A stretch of DNA of 32,000 nucleotides from assembly GCF_900167395.1 (NCBI RefSeq), contig NZ_FUWK01000023.1, positions 1 through 32,000 of the forward strand. The letters are read 5' to 3'. The stretch is from Nitrosomonas europaea. GTDB lineage: Bacteria > Pseudomonadota > Gammaproteobacteria > Burkholderiales > Nitrosomonadaceae. The position numbers were made by a program, and so were the translations under genes. The notes beneath the pieces are model-generated. The model had not been told where the DNA came from. It searched no databases and saw only the letters and a list, made by a program, of their open reading frames with translations. Position 1 is the stretch's first letter. Every line of letters starts with the position of its first letter. Positions 31,188-32,000 of the stretch are shown here, piece by piece.

Positions 31188-32000
31188 ATGATTGAACAAT
31201 CGTTTATTCAGGAATTACTGGATCGTATCGACATCGTCGATGTGGTTGCACGTCATCTTCAACTTAAAAAAGCGGGCGCAAATTTTACAGCGTGCTGTCC
31301 CTTTCATAACGAAAAAACCCCTTCTTTTACAGTAAATTCGTCTAAACAGTTTTACCATTGCTTTGGTTGTGGCAGGCACGGGAATGCTATCAGCTTTTTG
31401 ATGGAACACAGCGGAGCCAGCTTTGTCGAAGCAGTCGAGAGTCTTGCGACACATGCGGGTATGCAAATTCCCGATCAGGTAAGTATTTATCCAAAAATAC
31501 CTGATCCAGGCAGAGTTCCATCGGATAAGATAAAAATCGATAAAGAAGTTGAAGCTACTTCACCTTTGGCAGGTTTGTACGAACGGATGGAGCAGGCGGC
31601 AAAGTTTTACCGGGGGCAGCTCAAGCAATCCGATCAGGCAATTGCGTACCTGAAAGAGCGGGGAATATCAGGACGGACTGCGCTGTGTTTTGGAATCGGA
31701 TATGCGCCTCCCGGCTGGCAAAACCTCTCCGGGATTTTTACAGATTATCCTGCAGATGATTCCAGCCACCCACTGGTGCAGGCAGGTTTGGTCGTTGCGC
31801 ATGATGGCAAGAAAAATTATGATCGCTTTCGTCACCGGATCATGTTTCCCATTCTTGATCGTAAAAAAAAGATAGTGGGATTCGGAGGGCGGGCATTAGA
31901 TGGGGGCGAGCCAAAGTATCTGAATTCGCCAGAAACCTCTCTGTTTGTCAAAGGGCGTGAGCTTTATAACTTGGCATCTGCCAGTCCGGCAATCCGGAAA
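31188..32000 (+). CDS. dnaG: DNA primase DnaG (5' partial, runs off the window end)
   Basis: Absent from the ORF track because it has no stop in the window. Hand translation from ATG 31188 gives MIEQSFIQELLDRIDIVDVV...CCPFHNEKTPSFTV..YHCFGCGRHGNAISF (zinc finger) and later EPKYLNSPETSLF. The frame is open for all 271 codons to position 32000. Confidence 0.95.
   Translation, partial: MIEQSFIQELLDRIDIVDVVARHLQLKKAGANFTACCPFHNEKTPSFTVNSSKQFYHCFGCGRHGNAISFLMEHSGASFVEAVESLATHAGMQIPDQVSIYPKIPDPGRVPSDKIKIDKEVEATSPLAGLYERMEQAAKFYRGQLKQSDQAIAYLKERGISGRTALCFGIGYAPPGWQNLSGIFTDYPADDSSHPLVQAGLVVAHDGKKNYDRFRHRIMFPILDRKKKIVGFGGRALDGGEPKYLNSPETSLFVKGRELYNLASASPAIRK

Overview
I found no novel system in this window. 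It is almost entirely conserved core genome from a proteobacterium. Gene content and order look betaproteobacterial, and Nitrosomonas-like is my unverified guess.

Gene order along the window:
- a degraded toxin-antitoxin patch (1-741)
- murU-amgK (minus strand)
- ubiK and comM/yifB
- dnaB and rplI-rpsR-priB-rpsF (minus strand)
- a 390-bp spacer
- the complete F1Fo ATP synthase operon atpIBEFHAGDC, ending in a strong terminator
- glmU-glmS
- yebC-ruvC-ruvA-ruvB
- the full tol-pal cluster ybgC-tolQRAB-pal-cpoB
- queE-queC
- folB divergent from plsY
- tsaD divergent from rpsU-yqeY-dnaG

dnaG runs off the 3' edge, so it is missing from the ORF track.

Coding density is very high. I saw no CRISPR array, IS element, integrase, tRNA/rRNA gene or defence-type gene.

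The only accessory-looking DNA is the first ~740 bp. It holds an intact HTH antitoxin preceded by the C-terminal stump of its RelE/ParE-type toxin, followed by a gene-free AT-rich stretch.

The other findings are low-interest regulatory or annotation oddities:
- a long rpsF/atpI spacer with a near-consensus promoter
- a palindrome at the predicted transcription start
- a 15-codon ORF with a strong Shine-Dalgarno-like purine tract
- non-ATG starts in priB and ruvC
- a TolA peptide repeat

All family assignments come from motif recognition by eye. No database search was possible.
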